From a virus (taxonomy: Duplodnaviria; Caudoviricetes), in the IMG/VR virus record IMGVR_UViG_3300027608_000002, positions 1 through 56,191 of that record: a DNA stretch of 56,191 nt; one strand, 5' to 3'. Positions within the stretch are counted from its first letter, which is position 1. Each line of letters starts with the position of its first letter. Made by a program: the position numbers and the translations under genes. The notes under the pieces are model-generated. The model searched no databases. It was given only the letters and a program-made list of their open reading frames with translations, and was not told where the DNA came from. Shown one piece after another: positions 27,573 through 36,422 of the stretch.

Positions 27573-27770
27573 ATGAAAAACATTGATGATCAAATGTGGT
27601 TCACTCTTTGCAATATCAGCATGAACCCAGACAAGTCAGACATTTTGAAAATATGGAAATATTACAAAAATTCTAACGGTAATCATCAACGGGAGTTGTT
27701 GGGTCAAATGAAAATTACGGTGGAAATAATTAAATTGCCAAAGCCGCCAATACTGAAGGAGAAAGAGTGA
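27573..27770 (+). CDS. Hypothetical protein
   Basis: 65 aa, ends LKEKE. Confidence 0.6.
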   Translation: MKNIDDQMWFTLCNISMNPDKSDILKIWKYYKNSNGNHQRELLGQMKITVEIIKLPKPPILKEKE

Positions 27771-28171
27771 TGGATGACACCGAAAAATTAGCTCAAATGA
27801 TGATCCGTTGCGGACTTGCAACGGGTCATGGTGACACTATTGACGATTTGATTTTTGAATTGGAAAAGCAAATCAAGAACACATCGACCGCATTTAGCGA
27901 TGCGCTGAAAGAAATCAAACCGTTGCAGTTGCAACTTAAAATTTTTCAGGATGATGCTATGGGAGACGTAAAAACCATCGATAATCTGTCGAAGATGGCG
28001 GCACGGCTCCACAAGGCGTTAGATAGGATATATAATCTGCACAATAGCGGCGACGAATATAGCGAACGCGAAATTAACGACATGACATATGAGATCGTTG
28101 TTAGCGCGATAACTGGGTACGATGAAGGCCCACGTCGTGATGATCGTGGCGACAACTTGGATGGGAACTGA
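27770..28171 (+). CDS. Hypothetical protein (ATGHGDT..DL motif)
   Basis: TGATG coupling. Confidence 0.65.
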   Translation: MDDTEKLAQMMIRCGLATGHGDTIDDLIFELEKQIKNTSTAFSDALKEIKPLQLQLKIFQDDAMGDVKTIDNLSKMAARLHKALDRIYNLHNSGDEYSEREINDMTYEIVVSAITGYDEGPRRDDRGDNLDGN

Positions 28172-28405
28172 GTGATGGCTTCTCCGCAATTTGATTTACG
28201 GGATAAAACGATGCCGCCGATTGAAGAAGATGATCCGACGGCGACCGGAATGAATTTTCGTCTCACATCCCTCAGCGCGCATCGGGGGCTGTGTGAGAGG
28301 AATCGAAACTTTGACGGACGAAGAGAGCAATATGCCAACCAATACCCGCCGAAGCGTATTCGGTTCAGCAAATCAGGTGTTCCGTTGGTGAAGGAGAAAG
28401 AGTGA
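28172..28405 (+). CDS. Hypothetical protein
   Basis: 77 aa, ends VKEKE. Confidence 0.5.
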   Translation: MMASPQFDLRDKTMPPIEEDDPTATGMNFRLTSLSAHRGLCERNRNFDGRREQYANQYPPKRIRFSKSGVPLVKEKE

Positions 28406-28581
28406 TGACATTGAGTGACCTTTGGACTTTTAAGCTGTTGGCTTTTTCGATTATCTGGATGGCGGGTTCCCTGTTTTACTTCATTTACAAGGACTACGAC
28501 GTGAACGTGAAAACGGTGTCAATTATTTTTTTCCCGCTGATCATGTTTATGGTGTGGTTCTTTGTATTTTGGTGGGGGTGA
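28405..28581 (+). CDS. 58-aa two-TM membrane protein
   Basis: Manual translation MTLSDLWTFKLLAFSIIWMAGSLFYFIY...FFVFWWG*; TGATG coupling. Confidence 0.6.
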   Translation: MTLSDLWTFKLLAFSIIWMAGSLFYFIYKDYDVNVKTVSIIFFPLIMFMVWFFVFWWG

Positions 28582-28779
28582 GTGATGAAAAAATGGACTA
28601 TTTCAGTGGCGTATGATGCAAACAACGAAGACGGCAAAAAGTTTCGCGCCAAAACAGTATTTCAAACGGAAGCAGAAGACATGCTGTCAGCGTACAAAAT
28701 TGCTGAAAAAGCATTCGAAAACAAAAGTGACATAAAATTAGGGGCAATTTTGCTCGGAAACCATATGATTATGCCTTGA
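28582..28779 (+). CDS. Hypothetical protein
   Basis: 65-aa ORF in operon. Confidence 0.6.
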   Translation: MMKKWTISVAYDANNEDGKKFRAKTVFQTEAEDMLSAYKIAEKAFENKSDIKLGAILLGNHMIMP

Positions 28780-28791
28780 AAGGAAAGAGTA

Positions 28792-29025
28792 ATGGGTGAA
28801 AGAAATCCGAATTATGTTACGCCGGAAGAGGCAGAGGAAAAGATTTGCATTAATAGCCAGTATTGTTGCGTCGGGAAAAATTGCATGGCGTGGCATTGGC
28901 ATGAGTACCAAATTCCAATCCTCGGCAACGAAGGCCCTGTCGTTTGGAAAAAAGAGGTAAGCAAGACCTACGGGCGATGCGGGATGGTGCCCATGATGCC
29001 TGTTCTCGAAAGGATGCCGGAATGA
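28792..29025 (+). CDS. Small Cys-containing (putative Zn-binding) protein
   Basis: T.EEA..K.C....C....CMAW.W...G.CG. Confidence 0.65.
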   Translation: MGERNPNYVTPEEAEEKICINSQYCCVGKNCMAWHWHEYQIPILGNEGPVVWKKEVSKTYGRCGMVPMMPVLERMPE

Positions 29026-29222
29026 CTGAACAAGAAATGGAAATAAACTTTCTGAGGGCTGAAGTGATGGGTTTAAGAACCAGAATTTCATTCATGTTGG
29101 AGGCGATAAAAAATCTCACCGAGGAAAGAGAGCGATTAATTAAAGAGTGCGAACGATACATTGAGGAGGTTATGGTGTTGCGGAAAAATTATGGCATCTT
29201 CCCAAAAAAGGTATCAGAATGA
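29022..29222 (+). CDS. Coiled-coil hypothetical protein
   Basis: ATGA overlaps; MTEQEMEINF... Confidence 0.55.
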   Translation: MTEQEMEINFLRAEVMGLRTRISFMLEAIKNLTEERERLIKECERYIEEVMVLRKNYGIFPKKVSE

Positions 29223-29452
29223 GTGATGAAGCATTATTGGCCGACGGGTTTGAAGAAGCCTTGATCGGTATGGGGCGGCAGTTCAATCAGGATGTAGCTG
29301 TATATGATTACGACAGGTGCATTCATATTTTGATGAAGCGCGATGGCATGGATTACCACGACGCCTGTGAATACATGGAATATAATGTCACTGGAGCGTG
29401 GGTTGGGGCGGGAACGCCTGTTTTTGTTGAGGTAGGAAAGGAACCAAAATGA
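29219..29452 (+). CDS. Conserved small phage protein
   Basis: ADGFEEALIG...VYDYD...EYN..GAWVG..TP. Confidence 0.75.
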   Translation: MSDEALLADGFEEALIGMGRQFNQDVAVYDYDRCIHILMKRDGMDYHDACEYMEYNVTGAWVGAGTPVFVEVGKEPK

Positions 29453-29727
29453 TAGAGCTAGACGAAGACACCATATGGGCGATAAATTTTTTACTTAAAA
29501 ACAAATACGCGGAGAAATTAAAAGGAGACGAACAGATAATATCTCGTTGCGTGGATATAATTGAGAGCCTAGTGTTAAACGTCCCTGAAAAGAAGAACAA
29601 AGCACTCATATCTGAAGCAAGAATATTCCTTAATATGTTGGTTGGGCATCTCAGATACGGCCCATCTAGCACGTTCCGAACGCTCGAAGAACAATACGAA
29701 ATGAACAGGAAGTTGATGAAATGGTAA
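29449..29727 (+). CDS. Hypothetical protein
   Basis: ATGA overlap. Confidence 0.55.
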   Translation: MIELDEDTIWAINFLLKNKYAEKLKGDEQIISRCVDIIESLVLNVPEKKNKALISEARIFLNMLVGHLRYGPSSTFRTLEEQYEMNRKLMKW

Positions 29728-30059
29728 AATACAACAGGGTATTCGTACCCAACCCGAGCTTGAAATTTGATACATCACCATTGGACGATTTAGCGGAAAA
29801 TATCGTTTACGTTTGCGATATGCCGATGTTCGACAATTTGACGGAAGACGATAACATTGGAATGTTCGAGAAAAAAATCTCGAGGAAGATGGAAGACTTC
29901 AACCCCGTCAAAGATGTAGTCGGGCATTATGGCGACGGCTTGATCTTCGCTATGATGGTGATGTTTTTGTCTGATCAGTTTGATTCGTTTGACATAGCCA
30001 GATTCTCTCACAAGAAAAATGGCTATGTCGTTCGCAACTTGTCTTACGAAAAATTTTAA
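29721..30059 (+). CDS. Hypothetical protein, last gene of + arm
   Basis: 112 aa; stop overlaps the convergent gene's stop. Confidence 0.65.
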   Translation: MVKYNRVFVPNPSLKFDTSPLDDLAENIVYVCDMPMFDNLTEDDNIGMFEKKISRKMEDFNPVKDVVGHYGDGLIFAMMVMFLSDQFDSFDIARFSHKKNGYVVRNLSYEKF

Positions 30060-30226
30060 TCCTCTTTAACAGGCTCAGGAGCGGCCTTAGAGGCCGCTTC
30101 TACTTGTGGTGCGGCTTGGTCCCTGATTAAAGTGATCACGTCTGCTACGTCCCCGTAGGGAGCCCTAGCGAGGGCTGACAATACAACGTTCACGGCGTTG
30201 ACGTGGAGCTTAAAAGTAATTTCCAT
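30056..30226 (-). CDS. Small conserved protein, last gene of - arm
   Basis: ATG 30226; VN.VL.AL...PY..VA..I..I..QA.PQ. Confidence 0.65.
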   Translation of the reverse strand: MEITFKLHVNAVNVVLSALARAPYGDVADVITLIRDQAAPQVEAASKAAPEPVKED

Positions 30227-30227
30227 T

Positions 30228-32213
30228 TTAGATCCCTCTGTTAGCGACAGCCAGTGCTTTCGCAACGGTTGTGTCATCAAGATTCAGCAAAGACGACGTG
30301 TCCTTGCCTTGCTCTTTTTTAATACGATCGGCCATTGCGATCAAGGCCATTGCCTTGGCGATAGGGTCTTTTGACATGGTGCGACCGCCGGAGGCTCTGT
30401 CAATACGACCGCCTCGAGCGTTCTGTTGTCTATTGTATAGCTCTTCAATTTGATTTCCAGCCTCTTCTTCTGCTTTTTTATCAACAAGCCGATTATAAGC
30501 AGAGTCTAAATTTGATTGGAAAGGAGTTATTACACGCGCCGCGGTAGGAGCGGCGGAAACTAGGCTTTTTGCGGATCCCGTAAGAAGATTCCTGTCCATT
30601 GCGCCAAGCGTCTTGGCGGTTCCTGTTGTCAAACCAGGCGACCCAAGAGCAAATTTACTTGTCTGTCCAGCCAAGGCCGCTGCGCCCAACAATGGTTGAC
30701 CTTGCGCGAATGCAAAACCAGCCCCCACTGGCAAAGCAAAATCTTCAAAGCCACCCTTAAAAACTTTAGAAGGCGAAGCCGCGCCAAGAAGAGCGGCTCC
30801 TATTTCAGGGTTTTGCTCAGACATAAGGTCAAGATAACTTTTCCCAACAGGGTTTCTTCTACTGCTCATTATGCGTTTGTATTGAGCAACTTGATTCATT
30901 TTAGAACCTGTTGCGGCTGTAATCCCACCCATTTCATTTTGGATGTCTTGAAATTCTTGCATCAATTTTGCGTAATCTGGATCCCCGTATTTGGTCAACG
31001 ATTTTACAAGCTCAGTATGAATTGGAACCAATGCATCAGACAACGTGGGGTTTGCTGTTCTGTTTTCAGTAATAAGATCCCACAATTGTTGTTTTTGCTT
31101 GTCCAAGCTCAACAAGTTTTTTTCAGGATGGCCAGGAGGCAAAGCATCAATTTGATGCATTTTCTGAAACAAACCTTCATTTATTGTTGCGCCTGTTTTT
31201 GGATCTTTTGTTCCAACTAAAAAATCAAGAGCAGATTGTGCTTTAGGAGACAATTTATAAGCTGGATCCCCCAGAGCTTGAATCTCATCTGATGTCTTCA
31301 TTAAAACATCTGTTAAAGGAATGTCTTGATTAGCAAGATTTTGTTTTTTTGACGCCCATTCGTTAATTTTGTTTTGGCGGTATTCTTTAACCCAACTGTT
31401 CACATTTTGCATGAGTCCTTGAGGGTCACCTCTGCCAGATGCATACTGTTTAAAAACTTCGCGAAGTTTAGGTGCATTATCACCTGTTTGGGCAAACAGA
31501 TCTTTGATTGCTCCAAAATCGTCAACACCAGATAGGCTTGAAGCTGCGTTAACAAGCCCTTTACCCCCCAAGGAAGTAAGCCCAATAGCAGAAGTTGCAG
31601 GGTCCGCGTATTTTGTTGCTTCTGCAACATTTCCTGCCTTCCTTGCAACATCCAAGGCTTTAGCCACGTTTGGAAGATTAGCGGCTTCAGCAACGCGGCT
31701 TGTTGTGCCAGCAACTTTAGACAGCGTCCCGCCAAAACCGCTAATAGGCAACGCGGCAAGAGATGCTGTTCCTATAGGATCTTCTTTAAAACGTTGGCCA
31801 AATTCTTTCCATTTTTCAGGATCAAACCCCTGATATCCTCCATCCATTGTATATTTGAAAACAGGTGGAAGACCCTTGCCAACATCTGATGCAAGGGCTC
31901 TTTCTTGTTCAATTTGAGCAAGATTTTCGCCATAACCTTGACGACGTGCTTGCATCTTCTGAACAGGTGTAACTGCTGTTTCAGGTATGGGCTTGCCTGC
32001 ATTAGGAGGCAAGTAATCATCTCCCAAAAAATTATATATAGCTCCGCGGCCAAGAGTGCCCAATCCCTCAATTGTTTGAGGAAGATTTCTAAGATCTAGC
32101 CCTTGAACAAGACCTTCACCATATTTTTTTGCAGATGGCCCTATGTTGCTCCAAGTTTCTTTAAGGTACTCAGGCCAAGTTTGATTTTTTGCGTCATCGT
32201 TTTGATCAACCAT
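30228..32213 (-). CDS. Putative internal virion / DNA ejection protein
   Basis: Position at end of virion cluster, helical A/G/L-rich, C-terminal ARGG..ASGG. Confidence 0.6.
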   Translation of the reverse strand: MVDQNDDAKNQTWPEYLKETWSNIGPSAKKYGEGLVQGLDLRNLPQTIEGLGTLGRGAIYNFLGDDYLPPNAGKPIPETAVTPVQKMQARRQGYGENLAQIEQERALASDVGKGLPPVFKYTMDGGYQGFDPEKWKEFGQRFKEDPIGTASLAALPISGFGGTLSKVAGTTSRVAEAANLPNVAKALDVARKAGNVAEATKYADPATSAIGLTSLGGKGLVNAASSLSGVDDFGAIKDLFAQTGDNAPKLREVFKQYASGRGDPQGLMQNVNSWVKEYRQNKINEWASKKQNLANQDIPLTDVLMKTSDEIQALGDPAYKLSPKAQSALDFLVGTKDPKTGATINEGLFQKMHQIDALPPGHPEKNLLSLDKQKQQLWDLITENRTANPTLSDALVPIHTELVKSLTKYGDPDYAKLMQEFQDIQNEMGGITAATGSKMNQVAQYKRIMSSRRNPVGKSYLDLMSEQNPEIGAALLGAASPSKVFKGGFEDFALPVGAGFAFAQGQPLLGAAALAGQTSKFALGSPGLTTGTAKTLGAMDRNLLTGSAKSLVSAAPTAARVITPFQSNLDSAYNRLVDKKAEEEAGNQIEELYNRQQNARGGRIDRASGGRTMSKDPIAKAMALIAMADRIKKEQGKDTSSLLNLDDTTVAKALAVANRGI

Positions 32214-32216
32214 AAC

Positions 32217-35200
32217 TTACTCCTTTGCGCCTTGGATTTCTCGCCCGTCAGGGAGAATAACCATAACACCTTTTGGCGTTTCTCTGATTATTCTAAGAAT
32301 TTCCTTGTTTGGTGTGTTTGGGGGAATAGCAACAGTGTTATCGTCTTGAATAACTGGTTCTTTTGGAGTTCCAAGCCCCATACTTTTAAGTACGTCAGGG
32401 TTAGAACCTGCAAAAGGTTTAATTTCTTTTTTGGCGTTTGAAATAAACAAATTAGCATCGTTTTCAGGATTTTCTCCAAAATTCATATTGAAAACAGAAA
32501 CATCACGAGGTTTATTTTTAATGAACTCAGAAGACCTCTTGTAACCAAGATCTCCATACCCCACTGCGTCTGTAATGTTTTTATACAGAGCATCAGGATT
32601 TTTTTCTGGGTCAGGAACGGTTACCATTGCCATTTCGCCACCTGCTGCGGGGGCTGATTTTGCAAATTCATTTGTTCTTGTAATAGCAATCAACATTGCA
32701 TCTTTTGCTGCCGCATCAAAATTTGGTGCCGCTTCGGCATCAAATCCTTCTATTCCAAAGATATTTCTCATGAAATCATTAAGTTGCGCAAAACCTTGTG
32801 AGCCTCGGCCTGCACCTTTCCATTGTTGATAAATACCAGCAAGGCTTATAAGGCGAGGGCGAAGATCTGATTTCCAAGATCTGACAAAATTATTTGATTC
32901 TTTTAACTGGTCATTAAACATGTCAACATTGGCTTTAGCCGTAGGGTCTTCACCCGTTACAACTTTGCGTCCTTTATATGTAAATTCACCAGGCGTCCCA
33001 CTTTCCGCGGCATCGGCCAACCCTTTGAGATAATCAACGCCAGTAATCCCAATCTTTTGCCCCGTTTGCGGGTCATAAACAGTTTGGATTGTGTTAGCTA
33101 CTGACGCAATTTGAAGTTGCACATTGTTCAGTTTTTCAATTTCTCCTTTAATAACATCTGCTTGTGCTCCTCTTGCAACTCCAAGTTGGCGGTTTAATTT
33201 TTCAATTGTCGATTGGATCACAGCCGGATCTGACAAATAGGAAAGTGGAACAATTTTTCCCTCGCCCAAATCAACTGTCTTTTCTTCCGCAACAGGTTTT
33301 TCTCCAACAGATCCAAGACCACTTTCGTCTATGGTGCCCCCGCCTTCTATTACTTTACCCGCTCCTCCAAGGCCTTCCCCACCAACTTCAGTTGTGCCGG
33401 ATGGAGACGTTTTTTCTGCGCCGCCAAGTCCGGTTATTGAAGAAGACAAATTAAGTTCGTTGGCAGCACTACTCATTATGCGGCCATACTCTTCAACGCT
33501 CACTTCTCCTCCATTCAGATCACGATAGCCAATAATTTTACGGCCAGTCGCATCCATAAGAGGTTCAAAACGATCTTGCAGATATTTAAGAGCTTGGATC
33601 CCTTGGGTCCGCCCAGTAATATCAATTCCCTGTTGCGCAAGGCCGCGCTCGAGAGACTGGCCACGGAGCCCTGCATACGTCTTCGCGCCTCCGCCAAGAC
33701 CTTGCAATAGTGCGGCACCAAGATACGGACTGTTTGACGAAGCCATTGTGCCAACGCCGCCCAAAACTGACAACAGAAGATCGGTGGAATCCGGACCTTC
33801 ACGGTTTTTACTTTTTACGTCTTGTGCGCTTGATTTTGAAAACCCAACTGATTCAGCAAGTCTATCAATCATTGATTGAGATTTAGGTGGGTTCAACCCA
33901 CCTTCGCCTACGTCGGCGGAAGGTGTTGCGTTTTTGGCAGGAAGATCTTTTTCGCCCATAAGTTTCCGAGCAACTGTCCAAGGTTTCCAACCATTTTTTG
34001 CGGCGTAATTATTCGACCAATCAATTGAAGCGCGAATAACGTCTGGGTTTTTTCGAACTTCTGGGTCTCTCAAATCAAAACCTGTTTGCTTGGTAAACTC
34101 ATCTCCAAGACCAGGATTTGAAAATTGTTTTGATGTATTCCCATAATGCAATTGCGCAATGCCGTAAGAAGACTTGTCATCTCCTTCCGCCAAGGGATTA
34201 AACCCGCTTTCCCCATGATAAACTTTTGCCGCAAATTGCGGGTCTTTATGTCCTGCACGTTTGGCAGATTCAATTGCGTAGTTTTTCCAATATTCAGGGT
34301 TTGATTCATCAACTGCGCCATCTGTCGCATAACCCGCACGACCGCCATTCTTCATGAACCCAGAAGCGAGCTTCGCCATGTCCATGATGGCTTTCATCGT
34401 TGGATCTTGCATTGCCCCAGGAAGGTGTTTTTGATCAGGCATTTTAAATTTGGACGTGTCGTCTGGAATGTCGAGCTTTTTTGGGTCGGAGTCCAAATCG
34501 TAAGGCATGCCTCCGGCAGCGTACCCTACAAGGCCACCACGAGCTTCTTCTTTTTTATCCAGATCTTTATAAAATTTATAAAGATCTTTTCCTTTTGTTG
34601 CCAGATCCGCAAAATCTGTTGCGGTCCCAAGACCTTGCTTCAAAAGGCTTTCTGGAATAGGAGGTGCGCTATCGGGAGTCATGAGCCTTCCAACAGGCAA
34701 GCTCGCCTCCGGAACGCGGCCATGCTTGCCAATGCCACCAGACAACCCGCGAGCGGTTGGAACATGGCTACGATCGCCACTGTCAAAGAACCCTTGTTGA
34801 CGGGAAAGGATGTTGTAAATTGAGTATGGGTCGTAAGGATCGTAAGCTCCGCCTCCTGAAGCAAAACCTTGACCCATGTGTTGCATACCAACAGCACCGC
34901 CTTCAGACACCAAACCACCTTCTTCAAAATGTCCGCGGCGAGCGGATTCTTTTGTTGCCGCATCGTAGTCAACAGTCTTGTAACCCTTAGCCAAGCCAAC
35001 GGCTTCGGGGTGGTGCTTTTCAACGTTCTGCGCCGAGAGGCCAATTTGCTTCGGTCCGTCCTCGCCTTTGTAACGGAACTTGATGATGTCCTGACCGTCG
35101 AAGGTCTTACCGATCTTTTCAATGTCGTCTTTGAGCCGCTCATCCGAGAAGAATGGCATTGGCTGAGTTGTGGTTGTGTTCGAGCCGGACAACGCACCAG

Positions 35201-35906
35201 TGCCCATTGCAACGTTCGCAAGGAATTGAGCAACTTGATACGGGTATGCCTGTTCTTGCAAGAACTGGTTGTACAGAGCGGTCTTTCCGGCCTGTTCAGT
35301 CTGTTGACCAAGGGTTCCCGCGCCGATTTGCGCCTGAGATCCCTGTAGCCCCGCCTGTTGGGCGGCAAGGGCTGTTTGACCACGTTGGCCGAGACCTGAC
35401 ATATAATTCTGTGCGGCGTTCTGGAAACCTTGCGATTCCATGCCACCAATCGTCTGACCGAGAGCAAGGTTCTGTTGATTGATCAAGTTCCCCATACCAA
35501 TATTGGCTCGATCGCCGCCGAACGCACCTTGGCCGATCGCGGATCCCTTCATCTGAGCTTGCTGTTGACCCGCAACATTTTGCATCTGATTTCTTGTCGA
35601 GGCGACCGCGCTCTCGAGGTAAGGGTTCATGTAACCCTTTACGCCTTGGCCAAAACCTTCAGTCGTATAACCTTGCTGAACTTGGTTCAAAACAGGTTGC
35701 GCGGCATTGGCATACTGGTTCATGCCAACCTGACCTGTCCTTTGTTGTTCATTCAACGGAGCAACAAATTGTTCCGGAGTTGTGCCGTATTGCTGAAAAG
35801 GCTTTGCGGCAACGCCCTCGGCACGAGTGTTTACGGCATTGTAACGCGCCAAGACTTCGGGAGGAATTGTGGTCGCTGAACTTGTGGTTCCGGTTTTCCC
35901 GCCCAT
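32217..35906 (-). CDS. DNA ejection protein with internal peptidase-S74 chaperone domain and lytic-transglycosylase-like domain
   Basis: MGGK N-terminus, Q-rich GAFGG.R region; FSDERLK.DI..G..AQ.VE...PEAV..VDY; GESGFNP..SYGIAQL. Confidence 0.75.
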   Translation of the reverse strand: MGGKTGTTSSATTIPPEVLARYNAVNTRAEGVAAKPFQQYGTTPEQFVAPLNEQQRTGQVGMNQYANAAQPVLNQVQQGYTTEGFGQGVKGYMNPYLESAVASTRNQMQNVAGQQQAQMKGSAIGQGAFGGDRANIGMGNLINQQNLALGQTIGGMESQGFQNAAQNYMSGLGQRGQTALAAQQAGLQGSQAQIGAGTLGQQTEQAGKTALYNQFLQEQAYPYQVAQFLANVAMGTGALSGSNTTTTQPMPFFSDERLKDDIEKIGKTFDGQDIIKFRYKGEDGPKQIGLSAQNVEKHHPEAVGLAKGYKTVDYDAATKESARRGHFEEGGLVSEGGAVGMQHMGQGFASGGGAYDPYDPYSIYNILSRQQGFFDSGDRSHVPTARGLSGGIGKHGRVPEASLPVGRLMTPDSAPPIPESLLKQGLGTATDFADLATKGKDLYKFYKDLDKKEEARGGLVGYAAGGMPYDLDSDPKKLDIPDDTSKFKMPDQKHLPGAMQDPTMKAIMDMAKLASGFMKNGGRAGYATDGAVDESNPEYWKNYAIESAKRAGHKDPQFAAKVYHGESGFNPLAEGDDKSSYGIAQLHYGNTSKQFSNPGLGDEFTKQTGFDLRDPEVRKNPDVIRASIDWSNNYAAKNGWKPWTVARKLMGEKDLPAKNATPSADVGEGGLNPPKSQSMIDRLAESVGFSKSSAQDVKSKNREGPDSTDLLLSVLGGVGTMASSNSPYLGAALLQGLGGGAKTYAGLRGQSLERGLAQQGIDITGRTQGIQALKYLQDRFEPLMDATGRKIIGYRDLNGGEVSVEEYGRIMSSAANELNLSSSITGLGGAEKTSPSGTTEVGGEGLGGAGKVIEGGGTIDESGLGSVGEKPVAEEKTVDLGEGKIVPLSYLSDPAVIQSTIEKLNRQLGVARGAQADVIKGEIEKLNNVQLQIASVANTIQTVYDPQTGQKIGITGVDYLKGLADAAESGTPGEFTYKGRKVVTGEDPTAKANVDMFNDQLKESNNFVRSWKSDLRPRLISLAGIYQQWKGAGRGSQGFAQLNDFMRNIFGIEGFDAEAAPNFDAAAKDAMLIAITRTNEFAKSAPAAGGEMAMVTVPDPEKNPDALYKNITDAVGYGDLGYKRSSEFIKNKPRDVSVFNMNFGENPENDANLFISNAKKEIKPFAGSNPDVLKSMGLGTPKEPVIQDDNTVAIPPNTPNKEILRIIRETPKGVMVILPDGREIQGAKE

Positions 35907-35907
35907 G

Positions 35908-36420
35908 TTAGTGCTCCGTCAAGTTTTCAGGTTGAGCTTCATCTGCCCATTCACCTGTCTTTTTGCCATAAATCCAATAAGCACCCGACTGTGGGCCAAA
36001 TTGCCGTTCGTAAAGTCTAACCTTGCCTTCAGCCCTATGAGAACTCAAGATCCCAATCACCAATGGCAATTGTAAAACTTCTGCGGCTTGTTTTGCAAAT
36101 TCACAGAGTTTTCTTGCCCGACCACCTTTTGCGCTTCGGTAATCAGGATGAACGAAAATTGCCCGTTCGACAATCGTCAAATCGTCCGAGTACCAAAGAG
36201 ACTCTGTGCGCAACAGGATTGCGGCTTCAAATTGCTCTTCAGGATTGCCAATGATGCCGACAATGCCATGATCCCTTGTCAGCCCCGCCCAAAGCTCGCC
36301 TAAGAGCTTCATAGGATTAGGATTGGTCAACCCGTTCTCTTCGCATGCCGCAGTAGCCAGTTTCATCATCCCATCAATGTCTTCCGGCGTGCCAACACGA
36401 ACGCTGAGTTCTTTTTCCAT
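35908..36420 (-). CDS. GNAT-fold acetyltransferase-like protein
   Basis: VRVGTPEDI; IFVHPDYR..G..RKL; LYER. Confidence 0.7.
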   Translation of the reverse strand: MEKELSVRVGTPEDIDGMMKLATAACEENGLTNPNPMKLLGELWAGLTRDHGIVGIIGNPEEQFEAAILLRTESLWYSDDLTIVERAIFVHPDYRSAKGGRARKLCEFAKQAAEVLQLPLVIGILSSHRAEGKVRLYERQFGPQSGAYWIYGKKTGEWADEAQPENLTEH

Positions 36421-36422
36421 AA

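Larger units (their letters stand above)
27553..28406 (+). repeat. Three copies of the 18-nt junction TGAAGGAGAAAGAGTGAT
   Basis: Exact copies at 27553-27570, 27754-27771, 28389-28406. Confidence 0.85.

Noticed and set aside
30056-30059. Terminator at the convergence of the two arms
   Set aside because: The two stop codons overlap (TTAA), with no intergenic space or evident hairpin.
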